In this document: piece by piece, positions 34,781 through 42,438 of the stretch | Position numbering within the stretch: position 1 is the first letter of the stretch | How the letters are laid out: each line of letters begins with the position of its first letter | IMG/VR virus record: IMGVR_UViG_3300029823_000002 | Location: 1 to 47,238 of that record | Source: a virus | Taxonomy: Duplodnaviria; Caudoviricetes | Reading direction: 5' to 3' (one strand) | DNA: 47,238 bases | Position numbers and translations under genes: made by a program | Notes under the pieces: model-generated | Told to the model about the DNA's origin: nothing | The model's database searches: none | Seen by the model: the letters and a program-made list of their open reading frames with translations, nothing else

Positions 34781-35307
34781 CTCAGTCCCTCCCTTACGCA
34801 ACTCCACTTAATTCCCAAAGCGGCACGTCGTATTGCCGTGTGCGACACACCGTATTTTCTTCCTAACTCTCTAAGCGGTTTTTTCCCATGTAGGACTCTT
34901 ATTTCTATAACTTCCTTCTCGGTAAGCTTGTGCGTGCCTGATTTTTCGCCTTCTGCTATGCCTCCGTTGATTCTTTTATCGTTAACGTTCTCAAGTCTCG
35001 TGCCCCACTCAAGGTTGCAAATGTCGTTATTCTTAGGGCAATCGTCAAGATGCCTACACTCTTCACCTTTTCTAGGCAACCTCTTCCAGGATGACAATAC
35101 AGCCCTATGGATTCGAACTTTATGTTGAATTCCGCCAACATACATATAAACATACAAATATCCGTCTTTTGATTCTATTGGCTTCATAATCCTAGGCTTG
35201 CTTTGCTTTAAAGAAAGAATTTTGCCGTCCTCGGAAGCATAATATCCAGGGTAATCAGGAACCGGATTCCACACCTTGTCAGCCCATTCGATGGTCGTCT
35301 TAGCCAT
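34777..35307 (-). CDS. NUMOD4-HNH homing endonuclease fused to the DUF5131 N-terminal peptide
   Basis: MAKTTIEWADKVWNPV, then NUMOD4 'PDYPGYYAS..G.I.S', HNH 'HR.V...CRHLD....NN...NL.WGT..EN', C-terminal HTH. Confidence 0.85.
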   Translation of the reverse strand: MAKTTIEWADKVWNPVPDYPGYYASEDGKILSLKQSKPRIMKPIESKDGYLYVYMYVGGIQHKVRIHRAVLSSWKRLPRKGEECRHLDDCPKNNDICNLEWGTRLENVNDKRINGGIAEGEKSGTHKLTEKEVIEIRVLHGKKPLRELGRKYGVSHTAIRRAALGIKWSCVREGLS

Positions 35308-35309
35308 CC

Positions 35310-35600
35310 TTACCCCTCCATCTCTTTCAGGACTTCCTCAGCCTTCTGTTGAGCGGCTTCGAGAGTGGGGATGTCAACCCATTCAAATAGGTTTTTCCAG
35401 TCCTCCTTGTTCTCCCAAACATGCAAATCATAGTTTCCCGAATTCGTTACCGTTATAAGAAACGCTATATCGTTGTGCGCGGCACGCCAAACCTGCACTT
35501 CCCACTTCAACATCCCCGTCGCTTCGGTTTCGCCTTGCTGTTCTTCGGCTATCATTTGCGCCATCAACATGCCAGCGAATAGCCTTGTGCTCAGGCTCAT
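35310..35600 (-). CDS. Hypothetical protein
   Basis: AAGGAG RBS. Confidence 0.6.
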   Translation of the reverse strand: MSLSTRLFAGMLMAQMIAEEQQGETEATGMLKWEVQVWRAAHNDIAFLITVTNSGNYDLHVWENKEDWKNLFEWVDIPTLEAAQQKAEEVLKEMEG

Positions 35601-35601
35601 G

Positions 35602-35844
35602 TTACCGCTCCTTTCTACTCACAAACCGCGAAGGGTAAAAATCGCATTCCGAATCAGCTTTTACCCCGAATATGGATTTGCAGCGGGTAAAATGACCGCA
35701 TTCTACGCACCTTTTGCCTACCTGCTCTGGTTTGGTTCCCTCGGTCGCTCCACAAAAGCAACCGCTAACGGGATTGTCCGGATGTGATGCAGAGCAACTG
35801 CGCTCTTTGGCGCGAATACAATCTGCGCATTTCACAAATGGCAT
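35602..35844 (-). CDS. Cys-rich zinc-binding protein
   Basis: Multiple CxxC motifs, AAGGAG RBS. Confidence 0.6.
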   Translation of the reverse strand: MPFVKCADCIRAKERSCSASHPDNPVSGCFCGATEGTKPEQVGKRCVECGHFTRCKSIFGVKADSECDFYPSRFVSRKER

Positions 35845-35858
35845 GTTACCGCTCCTTT

Positions 35859-37094
35859 CTACATCTCCGCGAATCTCCCAAAATGTTTATCGAACCTCAT
35901 CTTAATGTCATCCCCAGCTATTCCATGTCTGTTTTTAGCTACTTTGATATGGGATTCTTCATTGCTATCCTCATAGATGAACATAATCTGATCTGCATCT
36001 TGTTCAATGTCGCCAGATTCTTTTAAATCAGCTAAGTTTGGAACCTTGTCTTCGCGCCTTTCAACATCCCTGTTTAACTGGCATAAGGCCAATACTGGAA
36101 CATTGATTGATCTTGCCAGGTCTTTTAGTTCTCTGCTGATGTATCCCACTTCTTCAATGCGTTTCATCTTCTGACGCGTTTTTAATCTTTGAAGATAATC
36201 AACTACTACAAGTCCAATGCCCTTTTCGTGCTTTAACTGTTTGGCGCGATTGACAACAAATTCAACACTCATCCCGCCTTTATCGTCTATGAAGATTGGT
36301 AGATTAGCGATATTAGCGGATTTTCCAACGAGTGCATTCCATTCTTCTTCTTTCCAAGTTGCCATACTTGCTTGTTGTAGGTTTACTCTTGCTTCAGCGT
36401 GTAACAGTTTTGTTCCCAGTTCCTCTCTTGACTGTTCTGCGCTGGCAAAATATACCGGAACCTTCTCTGCACATTTACGCGCTATGTTTAATGCTAATGT
36501 TGTTTTACCTTTGCCGGGACGCGCCGCTAAAACAATCATTCTCCCAGGCGCAAGTCCCGACAATACATAATCAATCCTTCTATATCCGGTTGGTACACCT
36601 AAGACTTGTCCCTTGTTGTGTAGTCTTGTGTCAAATTGATCAAATACTTCCATGACTACTTCAAACATTGTTTTAGTGTCTGTGTTCGTTCTATTGATGC
36701 ATGATCCGACTTCATTAAAGAGCGATGTTACACTTTCGAGTGTCCATTCATTTTCTTCGATGTCTTTTAGGAAGTGCGAAGCGGCAAGGTAAGCCTTTCG
36801 CGCTGCGGTTAATTCTTTTAGCCTTGCCACTTCGTTTTCGCGCTTCTCAACGGTTGTTGGTACGTGTGCGTTATAAACCTTGATAATCTCACTCGCTGGC
36901 ATGATGTTTCGCATCTTGTCGATCAGTAATGTTAAAGTTAAGTCTTCTCCCCACAACACTTCGGCCAGTTCTTTGTAGATTAAAAAGTCATCAGGGGTAA
37001 GCGATCTTTGTATTATTGGCTTTGTGTTGTCGTGTTCGTCAATGAGTGCCGAAAGGATGGACGCTTCCAATTCTCTGTTTTGCGGGATTGACAC
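35859..37094 (-). CDS. dnaB: Replicative DNA helicase, DnaB family
   Basis: 'GVPTGY..ID', Walker A AARPGKGKT, 'VVDYLQ', 'ISR.LK.LA', 'QLNR', 'DLKESG.IEQDAD', 'KNRHG'. Confidence 0.95.
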   Translation of the reverse strand: MSIPQNRELEASILSALIDEHDNTKPIIQRSLTPDDFLIYKELAEVLWGEDLTLTLLIDKMRNIMPASEIIKVYNAHVPTTVEKRENEVARLKELTAARKAYLAASHFLKDIEENEWTLESVTSLFNEVGSCINRTNTDTKTMFEVVMEVFDQFDTRLHNKGQVLGVPTGYRRIDYVLSGLAPGRMIVLAARPGKGKTTLALNIARKCAEKVPVYFASAEQSREELGTKLLHAEARVNLQQASMATWKEEEWNALVGKSANIANLPIFIDDKGGMSVEFVVNRAKQLKHEKGIGLVVVDYLQRLKTRQKMKRIEEVGYISRELKDLARSINVPVLALCQLNRDVERREDKVPNLADLKESGDIEQDADQIMFIYEDSNEESHIKVAKNRHGIAGDDIKMRFDKHFGRFAEM

Positions 37095-37414
37095 TCTGCA
37101 ATCACCTTCTCTATCTGCGATTGCTTCTGCGACTGAGCCTTTTCTTTTTCCTGCCGTACTCTGTAATCGTTAATGAAGCATTCTCTGAACCAGTACAGGA
37201 AATATCCATAACCATGATTGGCGTTAAGTTCGTAGAATCGGTTGATCCCCGCTTCGATTTCATCTTTGGTTGCTTTGCTTAAAAGCTGGTTGAGGTTTCG
37301 CATAAATATCACATCGTCATTGATAATACCGGGATAAGGTTTGTCATAGAAGTTTTGATACATCTGTTTGAAGAGTTCTTTGAGAAGATAAGCCGGTTTC
37401 TTTTCTCGCGGCAA
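37013..37414 (-). CDS. Putative replication initiator/helicase-loader-associated protein
   Basis: Position immediately upstream of dnaB, helical, no diagnostic motif. Confidence 0.4.
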   Translation of the reverse strand: MPREKKPAYLLKELFKQMYQNFYDKPYPGIINDDVIFMRNLNQLLSKATKDEIEAGINRFYELNANHGYGYFLYWFRECFINDYRVRQEKEKAQSQKQSQIEKVIAECQSRKTENWKRPSFRHSLTNTTTQSQ

Positions 37415-38284
37415 TTACTTCACCTGCTTCTGACATTCTTTGCAGTACACGTTGCCAAGATATTTTTCAGGATGTGATTGACACCACTTGATCACTTCGG
37501 GAGGAACTTCTTTGCCGCATTTAGCGCACTTCGATTCATCAGCGTTAAGTCTGTCAATGTCGAGGTCGTCAAGTGAAAGGATTTCTTTTTTTGGCGGCTC
37601 ATCTTTGCTCGGTTCCGCGCCCTTTTCAAGCCAATCAAGCAATTCGCGCCCATGCGCTTCTGTGATTTTCTCGTACCGCTCATCCCACAACCCTGTACGG
37701 TCTTTGCTTGCGCTCGCAATGTGATTCTTTTGCTGCACGTCAAGGCAAAGCGTAAATTCGTAGTCAATGCCATCTCTCTGCTGAGGTGCTAAGCCAGCCT
37801 TTTCGATTTCCTTTTTACCGTTCTTCTCTGTCTGTAAATATTCTGTTTTGCTTCTCAGTGTGACAATGACATGGACGGGACTTTGAAGGATTGTTTCGAT
37901 CAATTTGTTGTGTCTCGGATTTACCTTTGACCAGTTCGCCCATGAATTGCCAGGCATTGAATCGTGAGTCTCCAATATGCCGCCTTCGCCAATCCATTCA
38001 TGAGTTAAGCTGTCAATGATGATAACGTCGTATTTTTCATTCTCAGCTTCTTTGATCATCCCTATGTATCTTTCGGGAGTGAACGGAGCCTTCAATACCT
38101 GAGTGTCAAACTCTGCGATGTGGGAGTAAAGGGAAAGGCTTTCATTCTCAGTGTCAATAGCGGCGATTCTACCACCCAACCCTTTAGCAATCAGCAACGC
38201 CGCCATGCTCTTTCCGGAACCAGATGGGCCGGTAATTGCAATTCGAGCTTTTGCTCTTTTCCTTTCCGCTCTTTGAAATGCCAT
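37415..38284 (-). CDS. Sak4-like AAA ATPase (single-strand annealing recombinase)
   Basis: 'F.RAERK.AK.RIAI.GPSGSGKS', 'IDTE', 'IIDSLTHEW.G.GG', 'YEF', C-terminal zinc finger. Confidence 0.85.
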   Translation of the reverse strand: MAFQRAERKRAKARIAITGPSGSGKSMAALLIAKGLGGRIAAIDTENESLSLYSHIAEFDTQVLKAPFTPERYIGMIKEAENEKYDVIIIDSLTHEWIGEGGILETHDSMPGNSWANWSKVNPRHNKLIETILQSPVHVIVTLRSKTEYLQTEKNGKKEIEKAGLAPQQRDGIDYEFTLCLDVQQKNHIASASKDRTGLWDERYEKITEAHGRELLDWLEKGAEPSKDEPPKKEILSLDDLDIDRLNADESKCAKCGKEVPPEVIKWCQSHPEKYLGNVYCKECQKQVK

Positions 38285-38494
38285 TTACATACCTCCATAC
38301 TTGAGTTTGTATTCTTCTTCAATCTGCCTTCTGATCAGTACCCTCCGCGCTCTTTCGCGCTCAGAGGCAATGCACTTGACTGCTTGATCTAAGTTGTTGA
38401 AATAAGTGTTAAGTTGATTGTCATCCATTTCTCCGATGTTATCATCTGTGCGGATTGTTTCGCCTTCGAGTGTTATGATGGAGATTACGTTCAT
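38285..38494 (-). CDS. Hypothetical protein
   Basis: GGAAGG RBS, operon context. Confidence 0.6.
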   Translation of the reverse strand: MNVISIITLEGETIRTDDNIGEMDDNQLNTYFNNLDQAVKCIASERERARRVLIRRQIEEEYKLKYGGM

Positions 38495-38507
38495 TTTTTG
38501 TACCTTC

Positions 38508-38702
38508 CTAATATTGCTTTACAAGTGACTTACATTCCGTGCATACGCCTTCCGCAGAAGGATGACCGCAATATGGACATACGTTTTCGGGAATCTCTCG
38601 ATTCATACACGCGCCTTCAACTAATTCCAACACACCATCAAACTCGCAGAACCCTTTGCTGTTATGTACGCACCCTTCAAGATCACATTGCAGATCTGGC
38701 AT
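38508..38702 (-). CDS. Small Cys-rich zinc-binding protein
   Basis: C....C.HN..G.C plus CPYC/CTEC. Confidence 0.6.
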   Translation of the reverse strand: MPDLQCDLEGCVHNSKGFCEFDGVLELVEGACMNREIPENVCPYCGHPSAEGVCTECKSLVKQY

Positions 38703-38704
38703 TT

Positions 38705-38944
38705 TTATTTCCCCCTCATATAACTGATTTTGGCAATTGTTTTTCGCGTTCTTCTGTTCCGTAAGTCTGGCGTGGATTCAATGAAAATGTCATTCTTTAG
38801 CTCGACCGCTTTTCTCTTACGATAATCGTTATACTCTCTGCGCCTTTTAGCGCGATTGTTCGGTTCAACAGGCTTGTCCCTAGAAACAAACCAGCGCGCT
38901 AAAGACTGAAGCATTGAAATAAGGAGTTTTATGATTTTGAACAT
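38705..38944 (-). CDS. Basic hypothetical protein
   Basis: AAGGAG RBS before ATG 38944. Confidence 0.5.
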   Translation of the reverse strand: MFKIIKLLISMLQSLARWFVSRDKPVEPNNRAKRRREYNDYRKRKAVELKNDIFIESTPDLRNRRTRKTIAKISYMRGK

Positions 38945-39290
38945 ATCTTCTCTCCTTCCAAACTTCAATTTCGTTGTGACAATCACGACATACCGTAATG
39001 CCGTTGGAGACTTTGCAACGCAAATGGGGATAAAGTGAAATTGACTTGATGTGGTGAACCGTGAAATTTTCTCTTGAACCGCAGATTTTACAGGTGAAGT
39101 TGTCTCTGATTAGTACCTGGTAGCAGAATCTTTTCCGTTGGCTAATATTGAGCAAACCTTGTCGATACATAGCCATTCTTTCTCGGATCTCTGTTTCGCG
39201 GAGTTTTGCTTGTGACCGCTTGCTGGACTTAATCTCTCGCTGCAATCTTATGATGCCGTCCATGCGCCCTCTGTGTAATGGGCGTGGCAT
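38880..39290 (-). CDS. HNH endonuclease
   Basis: 'VL.RDNFTC.ICG', 'VHHI', 'NGIT.C..CH', AAGGAGG RBS before ATG 39290. Confidence 0.85.
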   Translation of the reverse strand: MPRPLHRGRMDGIIRLQREIKSSKRSQAKLRETEIRERMAMYRQGLLNISQRKRFCYQVLIRDNFTCKICGSRENFTVHHIKSISLYPHLRCKVSNGITVCRDCHNEIEVWKERRYVQNHKTPYFNASVFSALVCF

Positions 39291-39326
39291 TGAAAATACC
39301 TCCTTTATGATGAAGTTAAAATTAAA

Positions 39327-39449
39327 TCCACAGCAGGCAGGATTCGAACCTACTCGTTGGATACATCGCTTCTCCAACAGGCTTGCGATGCGGCCAAGGG
39401 GATTCCCTCGCCTCTGCCCCGCGTGTTCCCACCACGCCGCCGCTGTGGA
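39327..39449 (-). ncRNA. tRNA-like RNA lacking a canonical anticodon arm
   Basis: Acceptor-like stem UCCACAGCGG/CUGCUGUGGA, D-like arm GCGUG-GUGGGAA-CACGC, T arm GUAGG-UUCGAAU-CCUGC. Confidence 0.7.
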
Positions 39450-39457
39450 AAGGTTAA

Positions 39458-39772
39458 TCAGTCCTCATGGATCTTGCATTCGCGCAGGTCGTAAATCGGA
39501 ACTAAAACTTGGGTAATTTCCGGACTTCCATAAGCCTTGAGGTTCTCCGTCTTCAATTTGCCCGGCCCCCATTCCAAGATGTTTTGAATGCAATTCATCT
39601 GCTCAATCGCGGCTTCTTTGGTTTTGTACTCTGCCAAAACCACATAGTCATCGGCTTCGTCTGTTACGCGGATGAAATCCCCGACTAAGCGATATCCTTC
39701 CTTGCGCCACATTGCCCAGAGGTTTCGAACCTCTCCCAAAAACGTCCCATCCTCACTCCTAACAACAATCAT
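39458..39772 (-). CDS. Hypothetical protein, first gene of the replication operon
   Basis: AAGGAGG RBS. Confidence 0.65.
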   Translation of the reverse strand: MIVVRSEDGTFLGEVRNLWAMWRKEGYRLVGDFIRVTDEADDYVVLAEYKTKEAAIEQMNCIQNILEWGPGKLKTENLKAYGSPEITQVLVPIYDLRECKIHED

Positions 39773-39882
39773 CCAATCCCCTCCTTAAAAATAAATACAC
39801 GGATGCCATTTCATTCGTGCAATTTAATACTCCCTGACAACTATTTGGTATAAACTATTTCCTATACGCATATACTAACACG

Positions 39883-39896
39883 GGAACATATGTTCG
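39883..39896 (-). promoter_or_regulatory. LexA (SOS) box upstream of the replication operon
   Basis: CGAACATATGTTCC matches the Bacillota consensus CGAACRNRYGTTYC and is flanked by operator-like CTATTTG sites at 39841 and 39905. Confidence 0.8.
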
Positions 39897-40042
39897 GCAA
39901 ATCGCTATTTGTGGCATAGTGTTCTGTGTATGGTATTTAACGCCCATTATCTCCGTTTTTCTCACTCTTTCAATGTATTGGAAGTAGTTGATGCTAAATA
40001 TGGTTTGTGATATACTTTAATGCGAGAAAGGAGGTGCTGAGT

Positions 40043-40309
40043 ATGAGGATAGCGAAAGACAGGGAGTTTCAAATAGAAGGATTGGAGGATTTAGCAAAAA
40101 CGCTATCCGAGCTTAGAGAGGAAAAGGGCTACAGAGAAAAACGCAAAATTTCGCAAATGACTGCCAGCATGGAAATGAATCTGCATCCTGGGTATATGTC
40201 GTGTTTGGAAACCCTTTCAAACACTAATCCTACGCTAGATAAGCTCATCCGTATTGCGAAGTATTATGAAATTCCTCTAAGTCGGATGCTGGGAAGGGCG
40301 GGATTATAA
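40043..40309 (+). CDS. XRE-family HTH regulator (putative repressor, no peptidase domain)
   Basis: 'L.ELR...SQ.......LH.GYMS.LE....NPTLD.LI.IA.YYEI.L', divergent from the replication operon, followed by a terminator. Confidence 0.8.
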   Translation: MRIAKDREFQIEGLEDLAKTLSELREEKGYREKRKISQMTASMEMNLHPGYMSCLETLSNTNPTLDKLIRIAKYYEIPLSRMLGRAGL

Positions 40310-40337
40310 TTCCTGTCCTTTTTCCTAAAATTAATAC

Positions 40338-40397
40338 TTGACAACTGTTATTTTATATGGTATAATATGATTAAATTCTATATCGAACATGTGTTCG
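40338..40397 (+). promoter_or_regulatory. Consensus sigma-A promoter with downstream LexA box
   Basis: TTGACA-N17-TATAAT with extended TG, and CGAACATGTGTTCG at 40384-40397. Confidence 0.85.
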
Positions 40398-40865
40398 CTG
40401 TTTTGAGGATTAGCGCACCTCCCCGGCTTTTATCGGTCTGGGCTTAACTCGTTAGATGAGTATTTATAGTAGTCTGTTTCAGCGAAAGGAGCAGACGAGG
40501 GTGGAGGAGGCGGTTCGGGAGTAAGGCAAACTGTATCTTACAGTCGTACTGACAGATCCTTTGTAACTCGCTAAACGCTCGTTACAGTATAATCAATTCA
40601 TTGAGTGTACAATGTTACTCTTTATTGTGTTGCGTCATTCAGTTATTTCTTCTATTAGGAATAAGCAACACAGAAGCTTCGTGGGTTTGAGATTAAAAAC
40701 GTTCAGTAGTAGTAACCCCGTAGTCATGGAAAGTGTCTGAATGTACCTGTGGATTAGCATGTAGACGTGTTGTGGAAGAAATGTGGATTGGGTTTCCAAG
40801 TAATGGAGAGATGAAATGATGGTGTTTGGGGTCGTTCTGACACTAGATAGACTTACACAAAAAGA

Positions 40866-40890
40866 AAAGCCCCGCTTAATACGGGGCTTT
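40866..40890. terminator. Bidirectional intrinsic terminator
   Basis: AAAGCCCCG-CTTAATA-CGGGGCTTT with A/T tracts on both sides. Confidence 0.75.
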
Positions 40891-41046
40891 CGCTGCTTTA
40901 ATATCTATTCGTATTACATTGGCACCACAAGAGTAAACAATAGCTTTTTTGCCTGGTAAGTCTAGAACAAGATCGCTTCTGCATGAGATTCTTTTTTCGA
41001 TCTCCCAGACAGCTTGGCGCACTTTGCGCCAGTCGTTTTCGGTCAT
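40876..41046 (-). CDS. Small hypothetical protein
   Basis: GGAGGG RBS before MTENDWRKVR..., ends in the terminator. Confidence 0.5.
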   Translation of the reverse strand: MTENDWRKVRQAVWEIEKRISCRSDLVLDLPGKKAIVYSCGANVIRIDIKAAKAPY

Positions 41047-41109
41047 TGGATTCCCCTCCCGACCGGACATTTGCTTGTATATTCGACATCGGGGAATCAA
41101 TTTCCTTCT

Positions 41110-41265
41110 TTATTTTACAATCAATTTCAGTAAACCTTTAAAGCCAACCAAGTCACCAAGAACAAACATTGCTATCGTCCAAATGAGGAATAGTAATATT
41201 TTCACTGCAACTTGGGACAGCCAAACAACAAATTTAGCATAGAGCAATTTAAGTTTTGCTATCAT
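41110..41265 (-). CDS. Small membrane protein (51 aa), lysis-module accessory/holin-like
   Basis: Own translation MIAKLKLLYAKFVVWLSQVAVKILLFLIWTIAMFVLGDLVG..., AAGGAGG RBS. Confidence 0.6.
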   Translation of the reverse strand: MIAKLKLLYAKFVVWLSQVAVKILLFLIWTIAMFVLGDLVGFKGLLKLIVK

Positions 41266-41281
41266 AATGATTCCTCCTTAT

Positions 41282-41604
41282 TTAAGGTGTAGTAAAGATA
41301 ACCGCATCAGTATGGGTGAGTGATGTTAGGGTATAACCTAATATCGATCCGCTAACAGTAAATGATATGGAATCACCCTCTGCCCATGTTCCAGTAAGGA
41401 CAATGGGAATGCCGCCCGTTCCGTTTGATATGGTTGTGGTTGTTGCTTCATCGGCAATCGTGGCCACGCCAGCAATAGAAGTTGCAGTAATTGAAACATT
41501 TACTGTGCCATTAAACCATCGTCTGCGTGCAGGGAATTGATAGCTTCTTGTATTGCTTTCCCCCCGCGTTCAACCTGTGATACGTGAACAATGTTGTTAC
41601 CCAT
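41282..41604 (-). pseudogene. Frameshifted beta-rich (Ig-like/decoration) gene
   Basis: ATG 41604 frame (MGNNIVHVSQVERGGKAIQEAINSLH...) stops after 34 aa, while a different frame carries WFNGTVNVSITATSIAG...FTTP. Confidence 0.5.
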
Positions 41605-41608
41605 AAAA

Positions 41609-42046
41609 TCACTCCTTAATACGAAATTCAACCGACTTCCTTAACTTGTCCATTGGGAACAATTTACCGGGGCAAGTCTTGACGGCATATTTACTGTGAG
41701 GGACAATATTTGATGCGGGAATTCCATGCCGTCTGCAAAGATCGGCACACAACATTGTCAAAAGAAAAAGGGCTTCCTTGTCGGGACGCCCTGTGTCAAA
41801 ATTGCCGATCATGCATATACCGATAGACTTAAAGTTCATGCCTTCCTGCTTGGTATGCGCTCCGGCCTGATCTTCTGCTCGGCCAGTTATGATCGCCCAT
41901 CGATCATTGACTCTCTCGATACCGTAATGATAACCGACATCTAAATATCCCAACTTATGTTTGTGATAATTTGTAATGGCGTTCCAGTCTACGGTTTGGC
42001 CGTCTGCGGTCGCTGAATGATGAATTACAATATATTCTGGTTTCAA
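41609..42046 (-). CDS. Endolysin, N-acetylmuramoyl-L-alanine amidase (Amidase_2), catalytic domain only
   Basis: 'IVIHHSAT', 'GYHY.I', 'GAH', 'SIGIC..GNF', 'H......CPG'. Confidence 0.92.
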   Translation of the reverse strand: MKPEYIVIHHSATADGQTVDWNAITNYHKHKLGYLDVGYHYGIERVNDRWAIITGRAEDQAGAHTKQEGMNFKSIGICMIGNFDTGRPDKEALFLLTMLCADLCRRHGIPASNIVPHSKYAVKTCPGKLFPMDKLRKSVEFRIKE

Positions 42047-42415
42047 TTAATCACCCCTTTCGAGCTTTGCTTCGATATTGGAGAAACGCTGATCAAACTC
42101 ACTTTTTATGCCCTTGACGGCGAGAGATACTTCATTAATGGCAGGGACTATTTCTCTTAACTGCTCCATTAGGGCGGCTTCTCTTTTGTCGCTTTGCTCA
42201 ATCAGTAAGGCTTCTCGCTTCTCGCTCTGTTCCATTATCATTAATTCTCGCTTGTCGCTTTTCTTTAAGGTGTAGCGAATCAATAACGCGCTCCCTATGA
42301 TCAAGAACAGAAAAAACACCATCATTATGACAAGCCATGCCATGTTCGGGTAGTTCATGGTCGTTTGAAGCACACTGTCAAGGACTTGGTTTCCGTCTAT
42401 TGGCTGCATGGGCAA
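42047..42415 (-). CDS. Holin-like protein (single TM plus coiled coil)
   Basis: TM helix, repeated 'S.KRE..L.EQ', directly upstream of the endolysin. Confidence 0.65.
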   Translation of the reverse strand: MPMQPIDGNQVLDSVLQTTMNYPNMAWLVIMMVFFLFLIIGSALLIRYTLKKSDKRELMIMEQSEKREALLIEQSDKREAALMEQLREIVPAINEVSLAVKGIKSEFDQRFSNIEAKLERGD

Positions 42416-42438
42416 CAGCTCCTATCGGTCAAATAGGT

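Noticed and set aside
39327-39449. Canonical decoding tRNA
   Set aside because: No 5-bp stem with 7-nt anticodon loop at the expected position, and the central region is about 65 nt
41555-41566. Lambda-type GGGAAAG programmed -1 frameshift
   Set aside because: In the ATG frame the codons read GGG GGG AAA, so the heptamer is not in the X XXY YYZ phase, and a podovirus has no tail-chaperone context
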